Assembly (NCBI GenBank): GCA_040753435.1
Contig: JBFMEN010000052.1
Location: 129-64,128 of the forward strand
Origin: Candidatus Omnitrophota bacterium
GTDB taxonomy: Bacteria > Omnitrophota > Gorgyraeia > Zapsychrales > JANLHA01
DNA: 64,000 nucleotides
Direction of reading: 5' to 3'
The notes under the pieces were generated by a model. It saw only the letters and a list, made by a program, of their open reading frames with translations, searched no databases and was not told where the DNA came from. Position 1 is the first letter of the stretch. Each line of letters opens with the position of its first letter. Below, one piece after another: positions 27,001-39,000 of this stretch. The translations under genes and the position numbers were made by a program.

Positions 27001-30000
27001 CTGGCCTGGCTCTCGTTTGATTACGCGACCTACGGCGAACGATGGGGCTGGGTGACCAAGATCACGGCTTTGTCTGAACATGGGTTCAATACGATTGTCC
27101 GCGCCGCTAAAGACCTGGTCGATACGGATGTGAATGTGGGTAAAGGTCTTATGAGAAAGAGCGCTTTTGATGATATGGCCGGCCGCGAATATACCTCTGA
27201 AGATACGGCCATGAGCAATAATCAAGTCCCGGCAGGCAAGCAGTCACACTACACCCACAAGATCCGCATCATGCAGTCGGTTGAAAAGACACAAATGGAG
27301 GCCCATGGGTTTATTACCCGTTTCGGTTCGTCAGTTGTTGAAATGTTGATCAGCGGCATTCCATATCAGAAGTTCCTGAGTTCAGCGGCTCACTGGACAG
27401 TCAAGCTCGGAACGCTGTTTAGCCACGGTTTTTATGTGAACGAGACCTGGATCATCTGGGCCAATATCGTAATGGTCATTGCCGCGTATTTTCTGCCGCT
27501 TAATATTTACGCTTACCTGGCATTGCCGTATTTCGGTATCGGGCTTGGTCTTTCTCTCGCTAACGCCATCAACGCCTCCGCGCAATCGCTTCATACATAC
27601 AGATTCGGATGGTTACGCGGTGCTGTTGTTTACTTCGCCTTCTTCTGGTTGTACCTTGCCTATTACACAGCCTTCATTCCGGTGCATGATCAGAAGGTAA
27701 TGGAAGGATTGAAGCGCCAGGTTATTTTCTCTCTCAGTCCGCGTATCAGTGATTCGATACGTCATCCTGCTAAAGAAGTTTATAAGCGCTTTAAGCCTTC
27801 GATTCAGAAGGGAATTATAATTTGGGCGTTCCTGCTGTTGGCGCCGTTCCATCCCGTGGCAACTGTTATTAATATTTTCTTCTTTACCATGACCTTAAGC
27901 TGGATCTTCGCGCCGTTCCTGTTTAACTACCATCCGAAGTTATTGGCACGAATAGGGCTGGGATTGAGAGATTCTGTTTTGGGAATCTGTTTCGCGTTAA
28001 AGGATATGCCCTTCGATTTATATGCAAGGGTTAAGAAAATGATAAATGACAAGAGGTTTAGAAAACTGGTTGCAAGGAAGGCAGAAGATAATAAAAATAA
28101 AAAAGAAATAAAAGAAATTTTTGCTAAGAAAGATCCGCTGATTTTTGCCAAAAAGATGAAAGAAAAGGCAGCAGAGATTTGGAATGGTTTGGAAACAAAA
28201 GAACAGATAATTGTTGAATTAAAGATGTGTGATACGGAGGGAAAAGCTATAAAAGGTCAGAAAGAAATGATGATCCGCAACTTCTTCTTTGAACTCGTTG
28301 ATCATATTGATCAAGATGGATTGCTGCGCGATGCCGGACAAGTTTTTGACCACGCCGAAGATGCAATCATGAAGCCGGAAGGCAGAGACGCCGGGAAAGA
28401 CGCGAAGAAAGGCTCTGATACAACGCTTCGTTCCTTCGCGCTTCCGGCTGCGCTGATCACCTATGGCATGACGACCGCCAACACCAACGTCGTCGCGGCC
28501 GGTCTCTTGAGCCTCATCGCCTTCGCCGCCTGGTTCGCGCTCAGGACTCCGCTCAGATCGTTCCGGTCGATGAGTTTTGTCAAAGCGCTCTTCTCCCAGT
28601 TCGCTTTCATTTATGAACAGGGGGTCCTCAAGATCCGCGTAGAGACGACCGGGGAAGCCGATGAGACCATTGCCCGGCAAGAGAAAGCGGCCAGGGAAGC
28701 CGAAGCGGCTTTACAGACAGCATTTGCTCAGCGCCGAACGGGATCATCGCCCGTCGGCTCCGTTGTTCACACATCTGCTTCTTCCAGGAAAGAGTTAGCC
28801 TTAAGGGTCTGGCGAGATTACTTTGAAGGAAAGGTCGGGCAGGATCCGGCCATGCTGGCCGAGGTAATTGAGCTTCTCAACGCCCAGCCGGAAGTCCGCG
28901 ACGCCGCCATGATCGCCGGACCCGACAGTGAATACAGCGAGTTCTGGAGAAACGCAGCCCGCAAGGCCGCTGAAGCCGCCACCGCCGCCCAGCCGGAAGA
29001 TGACGATCAGAATCAAGAAGATAGCCGCGTTGGGCACATTAATGCTGAAACCGAAAAAGCTTTTTCGATGGAACAATCCGATAACGCCATGGTGACTGAA
29101 TCTTCTGACATTGAGTCGGACAAGAGGACGCAGGCCAAGGTTCAAGAACCGCCAATCCTTGAAGGGTATAGAAAAATTTATGAGGAGATATACAAGAAAT
29201 CAATTTCGAGGCCGTTTGGAACTAATCCTGAAAATCCGGAATTGGCGACAGACTGGTTCTTGACCGAAGAAGCTGCACTGCCGCACTTTGCTATTTTTGT
29301 TAATCCCTCACCTGAACTTGCGCAAAAAATCTTGTCCATTCAGCAGGAGTTTTTCCTTCGGTTACCGCGATCGATACAGCAAAAATTCGTCCTTATACAG
29401 CCGCATGATTTCCATGTTACGTTTACAGGCGTAAACTTTTTTAATGAAGCAACTGATTCTGAAAAAGCAGTTCGGGCGGCAGCAGAGATTGTTCAGAAAA
29501 GACAGGGATTGACGCCGTTTGAGTTGAAGCGCATTGGGGTGTTTGAAGGCGGAGCTATTATGATTGAGGCCTATCCCAAATCTGATGAATCTTTGCGTGC
29601 CTTAACAGCAATTCATCAAGAGCTGCAGCGCTCCTTAAATCGACAACCGATGTTTGCCTTGCCGTTGTTCCATCTGACCCTTGGATATATAACGACGCGT
29701 CTGACACAGGAAGAACATCAAGAATTAGTAAACATTATTGAACAGTATCGAGGGGATTTTAATTTAGAGTTTGCTTTTGATAGAGCGATGACTTACAGAT
29801 GGGATATTGACCCCGATGTGAAATCGGGAAGAGCCGCGATAACAAAAGAGAAATTTTTTGATGTGAAAGAACTGTCTGTGATCGAGATCGGGAAAGAGAA
29901 TATCAAAAATGATTCAGAAAAGAATTTTAACAACGGTTCGACGGTTCTTTCCTTCGCGTTGCCGACCGCGGTGATCGCTGCCGGAATGACAACCGCCGAC

Positions 30001-33000
30001 ACCGGGGTCGTTGCCGCGGGCCTCTTGAGCCTCAGTGCTTTCGCCGCCTGGTTCGCGTTCAAGACTCCGTTGAGAACATTCAGCCCGTTGAGTTTTGCCA
30101 AAGCGCTTTTCTCCAAATTTGCCTTCATCTATGAACAGGGAGTCCTCAAGATTCGCGTTCAGACTTCCGGCAAAGTCGACCTGGCCGCCGATGAAGCCGA
30201 GCGCAATAAAGTGGACAACTCCATAGTATCTACAGCAACGCCTTCCATTAACAAACAAACGCCTGTCGGATCGGTCGTTCATACGTCCGCTTCGTCCAGA
30301 AAAGAGTTGGCCTTAAGGGTCTGGCGCGATTACTTTGAAGGAAAGGTCGAGCAGGATCCGTCCATGATGTCCGAAGTTATCGAGCTTCTTAACGCCCAGC
30401 CGGAAGTCCGCGACTCCGCTATGATGGCCGGACCTGACAGTGAATACAGCGAGTTCTGGAGAAATGTAGCACGAAAAGCGAAAGGCGAAGAGCGAACGGC
30501 GAAGAGCGAAACGCGAAAAGATGATTCAATATCGGCCGCCGCACCTGATGATGAAGAGATCAAAGGGGAAACGATTCCGGCTGCCACCAACACCGCCATT
30601 AACACAAACACTGACACAATCACTGACACTAACACTATTCCCTCCGACGCCGCGATGATTTCCGCGATTGAAGAAAATGCAGCCGCGCTCACCGCCCAGC
30701 CGAGGGTCATTATCGTTGCGGGCGTCTCCACCGCAGTCAAGAGCAGATGCATCAACAGTCTTCTTAAGGAATTTCAGGATCGGTTTATTTCGCCTCTCCC
30801 GGTCCGCGATCAATCCATGCTTTCGAAATTAAATTCTGTTGAGGCCGTGAGACCAGTCACTGCAGCGAACACTTCCGTGGCTGGAAACTCCAAAGGGACC
30901 GGGTCCGCGGCCTCGCCGATGATTACGGGAACGGACAAAGTTGAAATCAGCGTCGAGGCAAAGATTCTGCACAGGGCCGGTCAACTGCTCGCCGGACGGC
31001 CCGCGGCGCCGGATATTGATGAACTTGTTCGTTTGTTAATGAACGATCCGGTTGTCCTGAGTCTGGCCGGATCAATGGAAGCGGCCCGCCAGATCCTTGC
31101 CGCGATGAAGGAACCGTTGAGAAAGGTTCCGGAAAATAAAACCCGAAAGGTGGAACCTGTCGAGCGGACCGATGCGGAAAGATCTTTTGATTCTGCCCGC
31201 CGCGACCAAGCCATGGTCTCGCAGGTCGCGACCGGAATTGATAAAAATAATATTGTTCAATCGGACATAACGGAGGAAAGTCCATGGAAACATTCAATGA
31301 AATTCAGGTCCGAAGCGTCTTTGATGGAAGCGAGGGACGATTTGTGGCCGCCAGTTACGATGGATGGACCTACGAGTACAGGTTCTTTATTCATCAGAAC
31401 GGCGAGATCAAAGGAAGGACGTCCGGTGATTCCTGGGTCGACATCAGCTCAAACACGGCCGGGATCATCAGATCAAAGGTGGACCGGTATCTCGGATTTA
31501 ACCCGGAAGAACAGGACGCCTGAAACATTATTCACGCGGCTTTTGAAAATAAAGTCCCGGAGTGATGAGGCGGTGTTAAGTGATTTCAGGAGCTGGAGGA
31601 TCGAAGGGTTCAGACAGGCTCCCGGATACAAGATCCAAGAAACCGGCGGCGATGCAGCGATACTCGCGGACGGAAAAGAAAGAAAAGAGGGATTGTTTGA
31701 TCTGCGAGATCGCCTGGTAAGGGAATTGGGCGAGGTTTCAACTCTTCTGGAAAGGGTCCCTCCGGCCGTCAGCATTTTCGGCGGAAACAATAGCGGGGAA
31801 AAACTTTACCTGTTAAGTTCAATCCTGGGATTTAATTTGGCCCGGCGAGGGTTCACTCTTCGGACGGGAGGCGGACCTGGAGTTATGGAAGGTCCTCTTC
31901 TGGGCGCCATCCAGGCAAGAGGAGCCTCTCTCCCGGTTAAAATAAGACTTTCTGTCGCAAGAACGCTGCTGCCGTTCCTGAAGTACGTCCCGCCGTCTGT
32001 TTCTCAACGAATTCTGTCGGGGCAAAACCAGGGATTCAAGATATACATTCCCGACCAGCCGCTGAGTCCGCATGTCGAGATTCCAGCGCATTTCACGCAT
32101 TTTATTCCGAGAAAGATTTCGTTAATGCGTGCGGTTAAAGCGATCGTTGTTTTGTCCGGTGGTTTTGGGACATTAGACGAGCTTTTTGAGTCCATGCGGA
32201 CCGACGGGCATATCGTAGCCCTTCCCTTCTGGAAACCCGTTATTAAGCAGATTGAAAAAGCCTGGGCGAACCGCGGCTGGGGAGAGACGATATCAGAAGA
32301 GATTTCCTTCAGCGAGGACCCGGAAAAGAACGACGCCGGCGAGATCTCTGCTAACATTGTTGATCTGATTGGACAAATGGACTACGAATTCAATCAAAAG
32401 AATATGGAGCTTCCGTCCGATTTGAATTCATTAAAAGCGATGATCCGTGAAGCGCACCGGGCGCTGACCAGCTTGGCATCTTTCGAGAAGGGGATTGTTG
32501 TCGCGGGGAGTTCGAACCCTGCACATATTCATGAGATTGTAATTGCCCGGAAGCTTGGAGCGTGGGCGGCTAGAAACCAGATGCCGCTGCGCTTCGGCGG
32601 GACAGGCCCGGTCACAAAGGCCGCGATTGAGGGGATGGGAAGCTGGTATGGCCGGATTCAAGCCGTCCTCATAGATGAAGATACGGGCTGCTGCAGGGAT
32701 AAAGATGTTCTAAGGCAACTATATTGGAACGGTAAAGTTATTAAAACTATTGACCGGATCATCCATAAACTCTTGTTGAAGGAAAACGTCCTGGGTCATG
32801 TGATTTTCCCCGGGACGTGGGGAACCGTGGATCTTTTGACCGATATCATGGATGTGCGGCATATTCATTATTTCTCGAACAAGAGGGTCTGGCCCCAAAC
32901 GCCGCTGATTCTGGTTGGGAGAAGGTTCTGGAATCCGATCATGGAAACCGTTTTTCAAACTCTCGAGTCCTATTTCTCGCCGGGAGGCCGCGAGATTGTA

Positions 33001-36000
33001 CAGATTGTCGACACCAGCGATGAATTACTTGCGAGACTAAATATTCTTTCTCGGGGATCGAAGGTCTTTGCTCAAACGGCAGATCTCGCTGACGAAACGG
33101 CCGGGAGAGTTCGGCAGAACATCCGCGGCGATGCAGCGATACTCGCGGACGATAAAAATTCCCGGAACACAAACGGGCCTGGATCATTTGTTCATGAAAA
33201 ACAGATGGTATGGGAATATGGAAATTCTGAAATCATGACTTCCCGCGCTCGCCGTGCCCGGAGCTTCATCGGGGAAAACCTGCAGAGAATATTGAACAAT
33301 GGATTTTATCCGCGCCCGGCGAAGGTGGTCAATCTGGGATCCGGGTTGGGAGAGTTTTCGGCTTCGCTGGCGGAGCTTGTTCCGGTCAGGATGTTTGATG
33401 TCGACATAACAAACTTTGCCGGGAGACATAACAAGTCTGTTCCCTTTGTCCAGGCGGATGAAAGACCGTCAAACAGCACGGATTTTGATAAAGATGACGA
33501 CACGCTTGTCATTCTGAAAAGATCGGCGCGGGAATGGGCGCTGAAACAGAGAACGGGATCTCTGGTTCTGCGCGGAAAGGTCCTGCCCTATGCCTATGGA
33601 ATTGTTCTCCAAAAGCCGTTGACTCAAGAGAACCGATCGTCGGATCCTGCCATCGCCGGTAGTGAGAGGCAAGCCGGAACAGACGCGGGCCTTTCAGATC
33701 TTGAACAGAACGCGAAAGACCGGGCGATGTTGACGAAGGGAGAAGAGAACGGAAAAGACGCGGCGACCGGATCCGTTAAAGGGCAGCGGACCGCAGGTAA
33801 CGACAGAAAGAAGATTGCGCTGGCGCTGAAGCTTATCGAGAACCCGGATATCAATATCATTGCAAGGCTTTTTGATGATCCTGATGAGGAGGTCCGCATC
33901 CTTGCGTCGATTGCGGGGGCCCGCTTTGTTGTTCAAAACCTGCAGGAGCTGATTGCTCATCATCTGCGCAATCCATTAACCGGTATGGGAGGTTTTATCA
34001 ACAGGATAGGAAACAAGGTCTCCCGTCCGGCAGAAACAACCGGTCCTGAGGCGATTGATCCTGACGCGGATATTCAAAGAGCCGCCAGCAAAACCAGGAT
34101 TGCCGGCAAGACGGCAGAGATTATCGGTGCCATGACCGATATCGAAAAAGATTTAAACGAAATCTGCCTCTATCAGGAAGAACAGGATGAATCGGCGCTG
34201 GATGCGTCGGTTATTTTCCTGTCGGGAGCGCTCAATGTCCTTTCGGAAAAATTCATCGCCATGGAGGGTATGCTGCGTGAGTTAAACGCGCAGGTCCTGG
34301 AATTAACGGCTCAAACCGCGCCAGCTTATATTAAGGAGAACGAGTCGATCACGAGGGCGATGGAAACGATAAACAGGGAACGCGGCCGGATCAAAGAAAT
34401 ATTCGATTCGTTGAGAGCGATGTCGGAATACAAGGATTTGGATTTTACGGAAACCAGCGTCGCGGATGTGGAGGAAGAAATCTCCGGCCTTGAAACGGAC
34501 GGCGTCAGGGAAGGGGCTCCCCTGGCCAAAAGGATTCTTTATGTCGATCCCAGGATCAGGACAGGAGAAAAACGAGTGATGGCGCCGAGAGCGCTTAAGG
34601 AGATATTGCTCCACTTCTTTAAAAATGCCGCGGAAGCAAACGCGTCAAATATCGGCCTTGCCTTCCGCGAGGAAGGGCGGCGGCTTATTGTTGAAGTTCT
34701 GGATGACGGCTCGGGCATCTCTGAGGCCGACGCACAAAGGCTCTTTTTGCCGTTGTATTCGCGGCTTTACACCAGGTCTCTTTTCCTGAGCAGACTTCAG
34801 TCTTCATTAAAAGCGATGGAAGGTAATTTGTCCGTTGATATTGCCGGCGCGGATCTTATTAGAAAATATTTTAGTGAAGCCTGGCCGCAGCCCGGTATTC
34901 ATGCGGCGATTGCCAGGGCGGCAAGGGGCAGGGAGGAAGCCCAGGACATCCTCCGCGTTCTGGTTTTGCGCGAACTTAATTACGATCAGCTTGTTGATCT
35001 CCTTGAAGGGAAAGTCAAAAACGTCGCGGACGTCGCCGAAAAAATTATCCAGAAGAGAGTATCCGTCAGATATGGAAGGAAGACAGGCAGGGAGATCCTC
35101 GGGGAATTTACGAGAAGCATTCCCGATCTTTCCGATTTTGAAATTCTGGCGCTCCTGGAAGAATCGGCGCAGTGGATGCTTCCGTCCCAGGCATTCCGGG
35201 CGATGTTGGCCTTCGGGCTTCGCGAGCTTAAAGAAGCAGAGATCTTCACGGCGCTTTCCGTTCCTCAAATCAGGGAAAAGATTATAAACAGCGGCGGGAC
35301 CGTTGATGCAGTTGTCGGGAAAATCCAGGAGTTGAGGCAAGGCGTCGCCGGTTACCATACCCGCTTCATTCTTGAGTTTCCTTTGATTTTCGACGATCCG
35401 GAACTCGTCGTCAATCTTTATGAGATGTCGAAAAATATCAACTCGTTCCATAGCGTGACGCAGAGACTCTTCGCGGGAGGGGCCGCGGAAGATATCAAGC
35501 CCGGGGAAATCAGGGATGTTCTCGAGGACATCACGCTCTTTGTCGGAGAGAGATTTGATTTCGGCCTTCGGTATTACAGCGACGCTTCGCTCAAAGGCAG
35601 CGCTGTTTATGATGAGGTTGTTTCCCATTTATCCGCGTTGCAGGATCGGCTGGAAGACTATCGCCGCGGGATTCTCAAAGGCCGGCAGCAGCCTGTTTAT
35701 GAGCAGATGAAACTGCTCGAAGATTTGCTGTTAAGGACACTTTCATTCGGGAAAAGGGCGCTGGGATGGCATTACGGCAACTCCATGAATTCTATGACAC
35801 CGTTTAAGGACATTGAACGAAGCGTCTCTTTTGCCAAAGAGCTGCTAGGATTTTCCGGCATCGATACCGGCAGTCTGAAGATCAATCTTGAGTTCGAGGA
35901 AGGGGAGCTTCCATATATTCCTGTTTTCTCATATCCCGACATCATCATGACGATTATTGAAGAGCTTTTATCGGGAGGAGTGAAGCGTGGAAGCGCGACG

Positions 36001-39000
36001 GAGATAAACATCAGGGTCGGAATGAAAAAGAACATTCTGACCGTAGAGTTCTCGGATAACCGCAAGAAGGTTTCTTATATTGATCCGAAATGCATGTTTT
36101 TGCAGAGATCCATGGGGCGCGGGCGAGGGACGGGCTTTGGTATTTTTGCCCTTCGACGGATCGTTGAGGGCGTGCTCGGAACCATGAGCATCGAAAACAG
36201 GGGCGTGACGACCAAGTTTATCGTCAGTCTTCCGGTAAGCGCGCAGCCGGCCGTTCTCGGGCTGCCGTTGTCGAAACAGTCGGGCACTTACATGTTAAGC
36301 GGCGAAGATGCCCCGGTCAAGAAGGCGCTGGCCCGATACCTGTCCGGAGCGCTCGGTTTAAGGTATATCAACGCACGCTTCCTTGAAGAGGCGGTCATTT
36401 ATGTTCTGATCGAAGAATTGCTTTTGCCGGAAATAAAGAAGGCCGGAATCAGCATGGATAATGAAAACGCGATTGATGCGTTTATTACAGAGAAAATCAA
36501 CGAGATCGAAGATTTTGTCTCCGCTTATTTGAGAGAAGACGGTGTCGACTATAGCAGGGAACCGTTAAGGATCAAAATTCATGGAGAATACCGAAATAGT
36601 GAGGGGTTGTATCTGTCCGGAGTGTTGAAAGACGTCATTAAGGAATCTTACCGGCAGGATTCCGGAAGGAAAGTCATATTTGAAAGGGTCGTTCGAATGC
36701 CGTTCTTTAAGACATTGCTGGAAACATTTATGGTTGACGGGGGCGGGAAGATCCTTGAAAACGGAGGATTTAACGGGATCATTCTGCTCAACGGTGCGGT
36801 CATCGGAAACGGAGATCTTTTGGCCAAAAAAGAAAGCGGGGCGATCCGGTTACGCGTTGACGGTGAAAAGAAGAAAGGAACAGTCTCAAGGAAATTGACG
36901 GTCTGGGACGGGAATGAAACCGGAGTCTTTGCAGAAATTGATTTGAACGCGAAGAACAGAGAAAAGATCGCGGAGGCTGTTATTCATGCCCGGCAAAAAA
37001 TGGACGGGGCCATGCTGACGGGATTGCAGGAGAAGAGAGATGCGCAACCGGACAAGTCGACGGCGGCAATTTCTTCCGGTATTTCCGGTTCGCTTAAAGA
37101 TCAGGTGATTTTGGCTAATGGCGACAGGGCCATGATTGCCGAAGGTAACGATCCGGTATTTTCGCAGATTTTGACACCTTTTGAAAAAGAGAATGATGTC
37201 ATCGTTCCAAATGTTAAAACAGGACCTGCAATCAAGCTGATTTATCAAGTGGATCATATGACTATTTCCGGGATCGTAGGGTTGTCCGAAACCAGAGAGA
37301 CTACCGGAGATTTCTTGCTCATGTCCGGGACCACGGCGGTGCGTGAAACCAGGAAGCTTGCCAGAGATTCCTTCATGCCTTTTAATCGCAAGCTGGATCT
37401 CTGGACATATGCCCCTATCGGTCTCAACCCCGTTGGCAGATACAGGAACCGGGGCATCAGTGAGACATTTTTAGCCTGGCTGTCGTTGTTGGCGTTGAGA
37501 CAAGGCTTTGATGAAATTTCCTGCCGCACCAGAGGGGTTCATAACGCCTACGTCTTCCGGAAATTCTTTGCAGATAAAGTTGTCTTTCCGTCGGGTAAAA
37601 TAATTGACATGAAGTTTTTCCCCTATGCCCTGACCAAGGCTGATAACTCCCTGCTATGGAATAAAGATGCGTTTGAGTTTTTCGGTCGACCCAGGATACC
37701 TGCGAATGTTCATATGGCATGGGCTGATTACGCGATGATTGGTTCACAAAGAACAAATTTACCGTCGACCGATTTCCGAAAGTTCCTTCTTTCCCCCGCC
37801 ATCGAGACGCCTGTGCCGGATCAGGCTACGGTGAAAAACTTATCAGACAGCGAGCCGCGATCGGAATCCTCTTCCCGGGATAATGCTGTTCTTGGCGATG
37901 CAGAAGATGATACTGAGCCGAAATATTCTTTTGGCATCACAACCAGAGGCCCGGGAGTGAGACTGGCGGTCCCGGGCGCGCCTTATAACAGGACGGAAAA
38001 ACTTGCGGATTCGGCGATGGTTACGGAAAACACGAAGCCTTTTGTAAATGATTATGTTAATGAGGAAGGGATCCGCGACGATATTGATCGGGTTATATCT
38101 GCCCTGGACGGCCTTCTGCTCAGGGATTTCTGTTCGGACTGCATGAGGAAAAAGATGCTCGCCCTGCTTGATTATCGTGGTCCCGGGGCGAATCTCGTGC
38201 GTAAGGCCGTACGGCAGGCCGTGTATTCAGCAGCCGCGTCTCTGCAAAACGGGAAACAAACAAAGGCGTCGAAAATACTCGGGATTTCAGGCGAGATATC
38301 AGGTCTTTATGAGGTCGTTATCAAGCGCGGGACGACACTGGAAGGGATTTATTTAGGGGAACTCTCGGATGTGAACGGAATCATCCGGGTGGGCGGCGTG
38401 GCGGTCAAAGAATTCGACGCGATCAGCAATAATACGGTCTTTGAATTTAAGTTCCACCTGACCCTCAGAAAACTGTACCAGCAGGTTTTCGGAATCGATT
38501 CCGCCGGCGCGTCTCATTTAAAGATTATCCGCAAGGCCGGACGGTTCCATAACATCAGAAACATTGTTTATTTCGGCGAAGTGGACTACGGGTTTGTGTC
38601 CAGGGCGATCCATGCGTTCCTGGTGAACAGGCGTCATCTCTTGCCGCGCGTTAACATTGTGAACAAGGGGTTGTCGGTAAAGTTTTCGTTAAACGAAATT
38701 AATGACTTTTTAACGAGCGAAGACGTCCTGAAACTGGTTAATGAAGAATCACGGGCCCAGGGAGCCCGCCATTATCTCGGCGACGTGATCCGGGAAAGAA
38801 AGAATATTATTACAAGGGGGATTCGAAGATTTCAGAAGGAGTTGCCGGCGTCAGCGAAGTTCGATGTAATCATCGCGATGAGTAATGCGCCGAAAGATGT
38901 TTTGAAAGATATTTCGAAACTGAAGCAAAAAACGAAGAGGCGCGATCATGCCATGTTAGTCAGGGCGACCGGCGGCGATGGATTCATGAAAACTTTTGCG

